DNA of 64,000 bases, taken from contig OZ059898.1 in the NCBI GenBank assembly GCA_964057225.1, positions 18,848,001-18,912,000 of the forward strand, in the 5' to 3' direction. This DNA comes from Auanema rhodensis. Taxonomy: Eukaryota; Animalia; Nematoda. Positions 43,301 to 56,600 of the stretch are shown here, one piece after another. The notes below the pieces were generated by a model, which did not search any database, was not told where the DNA came from, and saw nothing but the letters and a program-made list of their open reading frames with translations. Both the position numbers and the translations under genes were made by a program. Positions within the stretch are counted from its first letter, which is position 1, and every line of letters begins with the position of its first letter.

Positions 43301-46300
43301 TTAAGTGTACACGTGATGTGCACTTGGTATGTAACTCGCTTCACGTGAAAGATAAAGAGATGCGGTTTTCAAAATTAGATTCCCCATGTCCATATTAGTC
43401 TAAAAACAAATTTTTATTGATATTGGTGCATGGTAACCATGACTTTGAAATTTACGTGAACTTTAATTTATGCTAATTAAGTGTACACATGATGTGCACT
43501 TGGTATGTAACTCGCTTCACGAGAAAGATAAAAAGATGCGGTTTTCAAATTTCGATTTCGCGTGTCCATATTAGTCTAAAAACAAATTTTTATTGATATT
43601 GGTGCATGGTAACCATGACTTTGAAATTTACGTGAACTTTAATTTATGCTAATTAAGTGTACACGTGATGTGCACTTGGTATGTAACTCGCTTCACGTGA
43701 AAGATAAAGAGATGCGGTTTTCAAAATTAGATTCCGCATGTCCATAGTAGTCTAAAAACAAATTTTTATTGATATTGGTGCATGGTAACCATGACTTTGA
43801 AATTTACGTGAACTTTAATTTATGCTAATTAAGTGTACACGTGATGTGCACTTGGTATGTAACTCGCTTCACGTGAAAGATAAAGAGATGCGGTTTTCAA
43901 AATTAGATTCCCCATGTCCATATTAGTCTAAAAACATATTTTTATTGATATTGGTGCATGGTAACCATGACTTTGAAATTTACGTGAATTTTAATTTATG
44001 CTAATTAAGTGTACACATGATGTGCACTTGGTATGTAACTCGCTTCACGTGAAAGATAAAGTGATGCGGTTTTCAAAATTAGATTCCGCATGTCCATATT
44101 AGTCTAAAAACAAATTTTTATTGATATTGGTGCATGGTAACCATGACTTTGAAATTTACGTGAACTTTAATTTATGCTAATTAAGTGTACACGTGATGTG
44201 CACTTGGTATGTAACTCGCTTCACGTGAAAGATAAAGAGATGCGGTTTTCAAAATTAGATTCCCCATGTCCATATTAGTCTAAAAACAAATTCTTCTTGA
44301 TATTGGTGCATGGTAACCATGACTTTAAAATTTACGTGTACTTTAATTTATGCTAATTAAGTGAACACATGATGTGCACTTGGTATGTAAGTCGCTTCAC
44401 GTGAAAGATAAAGAGATGCGGTTTTCAAAATTAGATTCCGCATGTCCATATTAGTCTAAAAACAAATTTTTATTGATATATGTGCATGGTAAACATGACT
44501 TTGAAGTTTACGTGAACTTTAATTTATGCTAATTAAGTGTACACGTGATGTGCACTTGGTATGTAACTCGCTTCACGTGAAAGATAAAGAGATGCGGTTT
44601 TCAAAATTAGATTCCCTATGTCCATATTAGTCTAAAATCAAATTTTTATTGATATTGGTGCATGGTAACCATGACTTTGAAATTTACGTGAACTTTAATT
44701 TATGCTAATTAAGTGTACACGTGATGTGCACTTGGAATGTAACTCGCTTCACGTGAAAGATAAAGAGATGCGGTTTTCAAAATTAGATTCCCCATGTCCA
44801 TATTAGTCTAAAAACAAATTTTTATTGATATTGGTGCATGGTAACCATGACTTTGAAATTTACGTGAACTTTAATTTATGCTAATTAAGTGTACACATGA
44901 TGTGCACTTGGTATGTAACTCGCTTCACGAGAAAGATAAAAAGATGCGGTTTTCAAATTTAGATTTCGCGTGTCCATATTAGTCTAAAAACAAATTTTAA
45001 TTGATATTGGTGCATGGTAACCATGACTTTGAAATTTACGTGAACTTTAATTTATGCTAATTAAGTGTACACGTGATGTGCACTTGGTATGTAACTCGCT
45101 TCACGTGAAAGATAAATGGATGCCGTTTTCAAAATTAGATTCCTCATGTTCATATTAGTCTAAAAACGAATTTTTATTGATATTGATGCATGGTAACCAT
45201 GACTTTAAAATTTACGTGAACTTTAATTTATGCTAATTAAGTGTACACATGATGTGCACTTTGTATGTAACTCGCTTCACGAGAAAGATAAAAAGATGCG
45301 GTTTTCAAAATTAGATTCCCCATGTCCATATTAGTCTAAAAACAAATTTTTATTGATATTGGTGCATGGTAACCATGACTTTGAAATTTACGTGAACTTT
45401 AATTTATGCTAATTAAGTGTACACATGATGTGCACTTGGTATGTAACTCGCTTCACGAGAAAGATAAAAAGATGCGGTTTTCAAATTTAGATTTCGCGTG
45501 TCCATATTAGTCTAAAAACAAATTTTAATTGATATTGGTGCATGGTAACCATGACTTTGAAATTTACGTGAACTTTAATTTATGCTAATTAAGTGTACAC
45601 GTGATGTGCACTAGGTATGTAACTCGCTTCACGTGAAAGATAAAGAGATGCGGTTTTCAAAATTAGATTCCCCATGTCCATATTAGTCTAAAAACATATT
45701 TTTATTGATATTGGTGCATGGTAACCATGACTTTGAAATTTACGTGAATTTTAATTTATGCTAATTAAGTGTACACATGATGTGCACTTGGTATGTAACT
45801 CGCTTCACGTGAAAGATAAAGTGATGCGGTTTTCAAAATTAGATTCCGCATGTCCATATTAGTCTAAAAACAAATTTTTATTGATATTGGTGCATGGTAA
45901 CCATGACTTTGAAATTTACGTGAACTTTAATTTATGCTAATTAAGTGTACACGTGATGTGCACTTGGTATGTAACTCGCTTCACGTGAAAGATAAAGAGA
46001 TGCGGTTTTCAAAATTAGATTCCCCATGTCCATATTAGTCTAAAAACATATTTTTATTGATATTGGTGCATGGTAACCATGACTTTGAAATTTACGTGAA
46101 TTTTAATTTATGCTAATTAAGTGTACACATGATGTGCACTTGGTATGTAACTCGCTTCACGTGAAAGATAAAGTGATGCGGTTTTCAAAATTAGATTCCG
46201 CATGTCCATATTAGTCTAAAAACAAATTTTTATTGATATTGGTGCATGGTAACCATGACTTTGAAATTTACGTGAACTTTAATTTATGCTAATTAAGTGT

Positions 46301-47516
46301 ACACGTGATGTGCACTTGGTATGTAACTCGCTTCACGTGAAAGATAAAGAGATGCGGTTTTCAAAATTAGATTCCCCATGTCCATATTAGTCTAAAAACA
46401 AATTCTTCTTGATATTGGTGCATGGTAACCATGACTTTAAAATTTACGTGTACTTTAATTTATGCTAATTAAGTGAACACATGATGTGCACTTGGTATGT
46501 AAGTCGCTTCACGTGAAAGATAAAGAGATGCGGTTTTCAAAATTAGATTCCGCATGTCCATATTAGTCTAAAAACAAATTTTTATTGATATATGTGCATG
46601 GTAAACATGACTTTGAAGTTTACGTGAACTTTAATTTATGCTAATTAAGTGTACACGTGATGTGCACTTGGTATGTAACTCGCTTCACGTGAAAGATAAA
46701 GAGATGCGGTTTTCAAAATTAGATTCCCCATGTCCATATTAGTCTAAAATCAAATTTTTATTGATATTGGTGCATGGTAACCATGACTTTGAAATTTACG
46801 TGAACTTTAATTTATGCTAATTAAGTGTACACGTGATGTGCACTTGGAATGTAACTCGCTTCACGTGAAAGATAAAGAGATGCGGTTTTCAAAATTAGAT
46901 TCCCCATGTCCATATTAGTCTAAAAACAAATTTTTATTGATATTGGTGCATGGTAACCATGACTTTGAAATTTACGTGAACTTTAATTTATGCTAATTAA
47001 GTGTACACATGATGTGCACTTGGTATGTAACTCGCTTCACGAGAAAGATAAAAAGATGCGGTTTTCAAATTTAGATTTCGCGTGTCCATATTAGTCTAAA
47101 AACAAATTTTAATTGATATTGGTGCATGGTAACCATGACTTTGAAATTTACGTGAACTTTAATTTATGCTAATTAAGTGTACACGTGATGTGCACTTGGT
47201 ATGTAACTCGCTTCACGTGAAAGATAAAGAGATGCGGTTTTCAAAATTAGATTCCTCATGTTCATATTAGTCTAAAAACGAATTTTTATTGATATTGATG
47301 CATGGTAACCATGACTTTAAAATTTACGTGAACTTTAATTTATGCTAATTAAGTGTACACATGATGTGCACTTGGTATGTAACTCGCTTCACGTGAAAGA
47401 TAAAGTGATGCGGTTTTCAAAATTAGATTCCGCATGTCCATATTAGTCTAAAAACAAATTTTTATTGATATTGGTGCATGGTAACCATGACTTTGAAATT
47501 TACGTGAACTTTAATT
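34318..47516 (+). repeat. Segmental duplication, copy 2 (paralogue of 177-14431)
   Basis: As for copy 1. The offset steps from 194 to 187 to 185 to 188 monomers along the alignment (for example 34141, 32557 and 33085 bp). Confidence 0.9.
42061..44172 (+). repeat. Local 5-mer higher-order repeat, ~2.4 copies (880-bp period)
   Basis: The CCGC/ATAGTAG monomer occurs at 42765 and 43645. The CATATT/GAATTTT monomer occurs at 42061, 42941 and 43821. Confidence 0.85.
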
Positions 47517-49275
47517 TATGCTAATTAAGTGTACACGTGATGTGCACTTGGTATGTAACTCGCTTCACGTGAAAGATAAAGAGATGCGGTTTTCAAAATT
47601 AGATTCCCCATGTCCATATTAGTCTAAAAACAAATTCTTATTGATATTGGTGCATGGTAACCATGACTTTGAAATTTACGTGAACTTTAATTTATGCTAA
47701 TTAAGTGTACACGTGATGTGCACTTGGTATGTAAGTCGCTTCACGTGAAAGATAAAGAGATGCGGTTTTCAAAATTAGATTCCCCATGTCCATATTAGTC
47801 TAAAAACAAATTTTTATTGATATTGGTGCATGGCAACCATGACTTTAAAATTTACGTGTACTTTAATTTATGCTAATTAAGTGTACACGTGATGTGCACT
47901 TGGAATGTAACTCGCTTCACGTGAAAGATAAATGGATGCGGTTTTCAAAATTAGATTCCTCATGTTCATATTAGTCTAAAAACGAATTTTTATTGATATT
48001 GATGCATGGTAACCATGACTTTAAAATTTACGTGAACTTTAATTTATGCTAATTAAGTGTACACATGATGTGCACTTTGTATGTAACTCGCTTCACGAGA
48101 AAGATAAAAAGATGCGGTTTTCAAAATTAGATTCCCCATGTCCATATTAGTCTAAAAACAAATTTTTATTGATATTGGTGCATGGTAACCATGACTTTGA
48201 AATTTACGTGAACTTTAATTTATGCTAATTAAGTGTACACATGATGTGCACTTGGTATGTAACTCGCTTCACGAGAAAGATAAAAAGATGCGGTTTTCAA
48301 ATTTAGATTTCGCGTGTCCATATTAGTCTAAAAACAAATTTTAATTGATATTGGTGCATGGTAACCATGACTTTGAAATTTACGTGAACTTTAATTTATG
48401 CTAATTAAGTGTACACGTGATGTGCACTTGGTATGTAAGTCGCTTCACGTGAAAGATAAAGAGATGCGGTTTTCAAAATTAGATTCCCCATGTCCATATT
48501 AGTCTAAAAACAAATTTTTATTGATATTGGTGCATGGCAACCATGACTTTAAAATTTACGTGTACTTTAATTTATGCTAATTAAGTGTACACGTGATGTG
48601 CACTTGGAATGTAACTCGCTTCACGTAAAGATAAATGGATGCGGTTTTCAAAATTAGATTCCTCATGTTCATATTAGTCTAAAAACGAATTTTTATTGAT
48701 ATTGATGCATGGTAACCATGACTTTAAAATTTACGTGAACTTTAATTTATGCTAATTAAGTGTACACATGATGTGCACTTGGTATGTAACTCGCTTCACG
48801 AGAAAGATAAAAAGATGCGGTTTTCAAATTTAGATTTCGCGTGTCCATATTAGTCTAAAAACAAATTTTTATTGATATTGGTGCATGGTAACCATGACTT
48901 TGAAATTTACGTGAACTTTAATTTATGCTAATTAAGTGTACACGTGATGTGCACTTGGTATGTAAGTCGCTTCACGTGAAAGATAAAGAGATGCGGTTTT
49001 CAAAATTAGATTCCCCATGTCCATATTAGTCTAAAAACAAATTTTTATTGATATTGGTGCATGGTAACCATGACTTTGAAATTTACGTGAACTTTAATTT
49101 ATGCTAATTAAGTGTACACATGATGTGCACTTGGTATGTAACTCGCTTCACGTGAAAGATAAAGAGATGCGGTTTTCAAAATTAGATTCCGCATGTCCAT
49201 ATTAGTCTAAAAACAAATTTTTATTGATATTGGTGCATGGTAACCATGACTTTGAAATTTACGTGAACTTTAATT

Positions 49276-51035
49276 TATGCTAATTAAGTGTACACGTGAT
49301 GTGCACTTGGTATGTAACTCGCTTCACGTGAAAGATAAAGAGATGCGGTTTTCAAAATTAGATTCCCCATGTCCATATTAGTCTAAAAACAAATTTTTAT
49401 TGATATTGGCGCATGGTAACCATGACTTTGATATTTACGTGAACTTTAATTTATGCTAATTAAGTGTACACATGATGTGCACTTGGTATGTAACTCGCTT
49501 CACGAGAAAGATAAAAAGATGCGGTTTTCAAATTTCGATTTCGCGTATCCATATTAGTCTAAAAACAAATTTTTATTGATATTGGTGCATGGTAACCATG
49601 ACTTTGAAATTTACGTGAACTTTAATTTATGCTAATTAAGTGTACACGTGATGTGCACTTGGTATGTAACTCGCTTCACGTGAAAGATAAAGAGATGCGG
49701 TTTTCAAAATTAGATTCCGCATGTCCATATTAGTCTAAAAACAAATTTTTATTGATATTGGTGCATGGTAACCATGACTTTGAAATTTACGTGAACTTTA
49801 ATTTATGCTAATTAAGTGTACACGTGATGTGCACTTGGTATGTAACTCGCTTCACGTGAAAGATAAAGAGATGCGGTTTTCAAAATTAGATTCCCCATGT
49901 CCATATTAGTCTAAAAACATATTTTTATTGATATTGGTGCATGGTAACCATGACTTTGAAATTTACGTGAATTTTAATTTATGCTAATTAAGTGTACACA
50001 TGATGTGCACTTGGTATGTAACTCGCTTCAAGTGAAAGATAAAGTGATGCGGTTTTCAAAATTAGATTCCGCATGTCCATATTAGTCTAAAAACAAATTT
50101 TTATTGATATTGGTGCATGGTAACCATGACTTTGAAATTTACGTGAACTTTAATTTATGCTAATTAAGTGTACACGTGATGTGCACTTGGTATGTAACTC
50201 GCTTCACGTGAAAGATAAAGAGATGCGGTTTTCAAAATTAGATTCCCCATGTCCATATTAGTCTAAAAACAAATTTTTATTGATATTGGCGCATGGTAAC
50301 CATGACTTTGATATTTACGTGAACTTTAATTTATGCTAATTAAGTGTACACATGATGTGCACTTGGTATGTAACTCGCTTCACGAGAAAGATAAAAAGAT
50401 GCGGTTTTCAAATTTCGATTTCGCGTGTCCATATTAGTCTAAAAACAAATTTTTATTGATATTGGTGCATGGTAACCATGACTTTGAAATTTACGTGAAC
50501 TTTAATTTATGCTAATTAAGTGTACACGTGATGTGCACTTGGTATGTAACTCGCTTCACGTGAAAGATAAAGAGATGCGGTTTTCAAAATTAGATTCCGC
50601 ATGTCCATATTACTCTAAAAACAAATTTTTATTGATATTGGTGCATGGTAACCATGACTTTGAAATTTACGTGAACTTTAATTTATGCTAATTAAGTGTA
50701 CACGTGATGTGCACTTGGTATGTAACTCGCTTCACGTGAAAGATAAAGAGATGCGGTTTTCAAAATTAGATTCCCCATGTCCATATTAGTCTAAAAACAT
50801 ATTTTTATTGATATTGGTGCATGGTAACCATGACTTTGAAATTTACGTGAATTTTAATTTATGCTAATTAAGTGTACACATGATGTGCACTTGGTATGTA
50901 ACTCGCTTCAAGTGAAAGATAAAGTGATGCGGTTTTCAAAATTAGATTCCGCATGTCCATATTAGTCTGAAAACAAATTTTTATTGATATTGGTGCATGG
51001 TAACCATGACTTTGAAATTTACGTGAACTTTAATT
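49276..51035 (+). repeat. Local 5-mer higher-order repeat x2 (880-bp period)
   Basis: The private GGCGCAT+GATATTT monomer occurs at 49276 and 50156. The TTCAAGTG monomer occurs at 49980 and 50860. Confidence 0.88.
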
Positions 51036-51387
51036 TATGCTAATTAAGTGTACACGTGATGTGCACTTGGTATGTAACTCGCTTCATGTGAAAGATAAAG
51101 AGATGCGGTTTTCAAAATTAGATTCCTCATGCCCATATTAGTCTAAAAACAAATTTTTATTGATATTGGTGCATGGTAACCATGACTTTGAAATTTACGT
51201 GAACTTTAATTTATGCTAATTAAGTGTACACGTGATGTGCACTTGGTATGTAACTCGCTTCACGTGAAAGATAAAGAGATGCGGTTTTCAAAATTAGATT
51301 CCCCATGTCCATATTAGTCTAAAAACAAATTCTTATTGATATTGGTGCATGGTAACCATGACTTTAAAATTTACGTGAACTTTAATT

Positions 51388-53675
51388 TATGCTAATTAAG
51401 TGAACACATGATGTGCACTTGGTATGTAAGTCGCTTCACCTGAAAGATAAAGAGATGCGGTTTTCAAAATTAGATTCCGCATGTCCATATTAGTCTAAAA
51501 ACAAATTTTTATTGATATATGTGCATGGTAAACATGACTTTGAAATTTACGTGAACTTTAATTTATGCTAATTAAGTGTACACGTGATGTGCACTTGGTA
51601 TGTAACTCGCTTCACGTGAAAGATAAAGAGATGCGGTTTTCAAAATTAGATTCCTCATGTTCATATTAGTCTAAAAACGAATTTTTATTGATATTGATGC
51701 ATGGTAACCATGACTTTAAAATTTACGTGAACTTTAATTTATGCTAATTAAGTGTACACATGATGTGCACTTGGTATGTAACTCGCTTCACGTCAAAGAT
51801 AAAGAGATGCGGTTTTCAAAATTAGATTCTCCATGTCCATATTAGTCTAAAAACAAATTTTTATTGATATTGGTGCATGGCAACCATGACTTTAAAATTT
51901 ACGTGTACTTTAATTTATGCTAATTAAGTGTGCACATGATGTGCACTTGGTATGTAACTCGCTTCACGTGAAAGATAAAGTGATGCGGTTTTCAAAATTA
52001 GATTCCGCATGTCCATATTAGTCTAAAAACAAATTTTTATTGATATTGGTGCATGGTAACCATGACTTTGAAATTTACGTGAACTTTAATTTATGCTAAT
52101 TAAGTGTACACGTGATGTGCACTTGGTATGTAACTCGCTTCACGTGAAAGATAAAGAGATGCGGTTTTCAAAATTAGATTCCCCATGTCCATATTAGTCT
52201 AAAAACAAATTCTTATTGATATTGGTGCATGGTAACCATGACTTTAAAATTTACGTGTACTTTAATTTATGCTAATTAAGTGTACACATGATGTGCACTT
52301 GGTATGTAAGTCGCTTCACGTGAAAGATAAAGAGATGCGGTTTCCAAAATTAGATTCCCCATGTCCATATTAGTCTAAAAACAAATTTTTATCGATATTG
52401 GTGCATGGTAACCATGACTTTGAAATTTACGTGAACTTTAATTTATGCTAATTAAGTGTACACATGATGTGCACTTGGTATGTAACTCGCTTCACGTGAA
52501 AGATAAAGAGATGCGGTTTTCAAAATTAGATTCTCCATGTCCATATTAGTCTAAAAACAAATTTTTATTGATATTGGTGCATGGTAACCATGACTTTAAA
52601 ATTTACGTGAACTTTAATTTATGCTAATTAAGTGAACACATGATGTGCACTTGGTATGTAAGTCGCTTCACCTGAAAGATAAAGAGATGCGGTTTTCAAA
52701 ATTAGATTCCGCATGTCCATATTAGTCTAAAAACAAATTTTTATTGATATATGTGCATGGTAAACATGACTTTGAAATTTACGTGAACTTTAATTTATGC
52801 TAATTAAGTGTACACGTGATGTGCACTTGGTATGTAACTCGCTTCACGTGAAAGATAAAGAGATGCGGTTTTCAAAATTAGATTCCTCATGTTCATATTA
52901 GTCTAAAAACGAATTTTTATTGATATTGATGCATGGTAACCATGACTTTAAAATTTACGTGAACTTTAATTTATGCTAATTAAGTGTACACATGATGTGC
53001 ACTTGGTATGTAACTCGCTTCACGTCAAAGATAAAGAGATGCGGTTTTCAAAATTAGATTCTCCATGTCCATATTAGTCTAAAAACAAATTTTTATTGAT
53101 ATTGGTGCATGGCAACCATGACTTTAAAATTTACGTGTACTTTAATTTATGCTAATTAAGTGTGCACATGATGTGCACTTGGTATGTAACTCGCTTCACG
53201 TGAAAGATAAAGTGATGCGGTTTTCAAAATTAGATTCCGCATGTCCATATTAGTCTAAAAACAAATTTTTATTGATATTGGTGCATGGTAACCATGACTT
53301 TGAAATTTACGTGAACTTTAATTTATGCTAATTAAGTGTACACGTGATGTGCACTTGGTATGTAACTCGCTTCACGTGAAAGATAAAGAGATGCGGTTTT
53401 CAAAATTAGATTCCCCATGTCCATATTAGTCTAAAAACAAATTCTTATTGATATTGGTGCATGGTAACCATGACTTTAAAATTTACGTGTACTTTAATTT
53501 ATGCTAATTAAGTGTACACATGATGTGCACTTGGTATGTAAGTCGCTTCACGTGAAAGATAAAGAGATGCGGTTTCCAAAATTAGATTCCCCATGTCCAT
53601 ATTAGTCTAAAAACAAATTTTTATCGATATTGGTGCATGGTAACCATGACTTTGAAATTTACGTGAACTTTAATT
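51388..53675 (+). repeat. Local 7-mer higher-order repeat, ~1.9 copies (1232-bp period)
   Basis: The CACCTG monomer occurs at 51388 and 52620, the GTGTGCAC monomer at 51916 and 53148, and the TTTCCAAAA+ATCGAT monomer at 52268 and 53500. Confidence 0.9.
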
Positions 53676-56600
53676 TATGCTAATTAAGTGTACACATGAT
53701 GTGCACTTGGTATGTAACTCGCTTCACGTGAAAGATAAAGTGATGCGGTTTTCAAAATTAGATTCCGCATGTCCATATTAGTCTAAAAACAAATTTTTAT
53801 TGATATTGGTGCATGGTAACCATGACTTTGAAATTTACGTGAACTTTAATTTATGCTAATTAAGTGTACACATGATGTGCACTTGGTATGTAACTCGCTT
53901 CACGTCAAAGATAAAGAGATGCGGTTTTCAAAATTAGATTCCCCATGTCCATATTAGTCTAAAAACAAATTTTTATTGATATTGGTGCATGGTAACCATG
54001 ACTTTGAAATTTACGTGAACTTTAATTTATGCTAATTAAGTGTACACGTGATGTGCACTTGGTATGTAACTCGCTTCATGTGAAAGATAAAGAGATGCGG
54101 TTTTCAAAATTAGATTCCGCATGTCCATATTAGTCTAAAAACAAATTTTTATTGATATTGGTGCATGTTAACCATGACTTTGAAATTTACGTGAACTTTA
54201 ATTTATGCTAATTAAGTGTACACGTGATGTGCACTTGGTATGTAACTCGCTTCACAAGAAAGATAAAGAGATGCGGTTTTCAAAATTAGATTCCTCATGC
54301 CCATATTAGTCTAAAAACAAATTTTTATTGATATTGGTGCATGGCAACCATGACTTTAAAATTTACATGTACTTTAATTTATGCTAATTAAGTGTACACA
54401 TGATGTGCACTTGGTATGTAACTCGCTTCACGTGAAAGATAAAGTGATGCGGTTTTCAAAATTAGATTCCGCATGTCCATATTAGTCTAAAAACAAATTT
54501 TTATTGATATTGGTGCATGGCAACCAAGACTTTAAAATTTACGTGTACTTTAATTTATGCTAATTAAGTGTACACATGATGTGCACTTGGTATGTAACTC
54601 GCTTCACGTCAAAGATAAAGAGATGGGGTTTTCAAAATTAGATTCCCCATGTCCATATTAGTCTAAAAACAAATTTTTATTAATATTGGTGCATGGTAAC
54701 CATGACTTTGAAATTTACGTGTACTTTAATTTATGCTAATTAAGTGTACACATGATGTGCACTTGGTATGTAACTCGCTTCACGTGAAAGATAAAGAGAT
54801 GGGGTTTTTAAAATTAGATTCCCCATGTCCATATTAGTCTAAAAACAAATTTTTATTAATATTGGTGCATGGTAACCATGACTTTGAAATTTACGTGAAC
54901 TTTAATTTATGCTTATTAAGTGTACACGTGATGTGCACTTAGTATGTAACTCGCTTCACGTCAAAGATAAAGAGATGGGGTTTTCAAAATTAGATTCCCC
55001 ATGTCCATATTAGTCTAAAAACACATTTTTATTGATATTGGTGCATGGCAACCATGACTTTAAAATTTACGTGTACTTTAATTTATGCTAATTAAGTGTA
55101 CACATGATGTGCACTTGGTATGTAACTCGCTTCACGTGAAAGATAAAGAGATGCGGTTTTCAAAATTAGATTCCGCATGTCCATATTAGTCTAAAAACAA
55201 ATTTTTATTGATATTGGTGCATGGTAACCATGACTTTGAAATTTACGTGAACTTTAATTTATGCTAATTAAGTGTACACATGATGTGCACTTGGTATGTA
55301 ACTCGCTTCACGTCAAAGATAAAGAGATGCGGTTTTCAAAATTAGATTCCCCATGTCCATATTAGTCTAAAAACAAATTTTTATTGATATTGGTGCATGG
55401 TAACCATGACTTTGAAATTTACGTGAACTTTAATTTATGCTAATTAAGTGTACACGTGATGTGCACTTGGTATGTAACTCGCTTCATGTGAAAGATAAAG
55501 AGATGCGGTTTTCAAAATTAGATTCCTCATGCCCATATTAGTCTAAAAACAAATTTTTATTGATATTGGTGCATGGCAACCATGACTTTAAAATTTACGT
55601 GTACTTTAATTTATGCTAATTAAGTGTACACATGATGTGCACTTGGTATGTAACTCGCTTCACGTGAAAGATAAAGTGATGCGGTTTTCAAAATTAGATT
55701 CCGCATGTCCATATTAGTCTAAAAACAAATTTTTATTGATATTGGTGCATGGCAACCATGACTTTAAAATTTACGTGTACTTTAATTTATGCTAATTAAG
55801 TGTACACATGATGTGCACTTGGTATGTAACTCGCTTCACGTCAAAGATAAAGAGATGGGGTTTTCAAAATTAGATTCCCCATGTCCATATTAGTCTAAAA
55901 ACAAATTTTTATTAATATTGGTGCATGGTAACCATGACTTTGAAATTTACGTGAACTTTAATTTATGCTTATTAAGTGTACACGTGATGTGCACTTGGTA
56001 TGTAACTCGCTTCACGTGAAAGATAAATGGATGCGGTTTGCAAAATTAGATTCCCCATGCCCATATTAGTCTAAAAACAAATTTTTATTGATATTGGTGC
56101 ATGGCAACCATGACTTTAAAATTTACGTGTACTTTAATTTATGCTAATTAAGTGTACACATGATGTGCACTTGGTATGTAACTCGCTTCACGTCAAAGAT
56201 AAAGAGATGCGGTTTTCAAAATTAGATTCCCCATGTCCATATTAGTCTAAAAACAAATTTTTATTAATATTGGTGCATGGTAACCATGACTTTGAAATTT
56301 ATGTGAACTTTAATTTATGCTAATTAAGTGTACACGTGATGTGCACTTGGTATGTAACTCGCTTCACGTGAAAGATAAAGAGATGCGGTTTTCAAAATTA
56401 GATTCCCCATGTCCATATTAGTCTAAAAACAAATTTTTATTGATATTGGTGCATGGCAACCATGACTTTAAAATTTACGTGTACTTTAATTTATGCTAAT
56501 TAAGTGTACACGTGATGTGCACTTGGTATGTAACTCGCTTCACGTGAAAGATAAAGAGATGCGGTTTTCAAAATTAGATTCCGCAAGTCCATATTAGTCT

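Noticed and set aside
177-47516. Large duplication as a pure assembly artefact
   Set aside because: The copies differ by several whole-monomer events and private SNVs, which argues against simple read duplication. A haplotype mis-join cannot be excluded without reads.
50509-50691. 60-aa ORF as a protein-coding gene
   Set aside because: It is just one satellite monomer with a TAG>TAC change at 50613. It has no recognisable domain and no unique flanking sequence.
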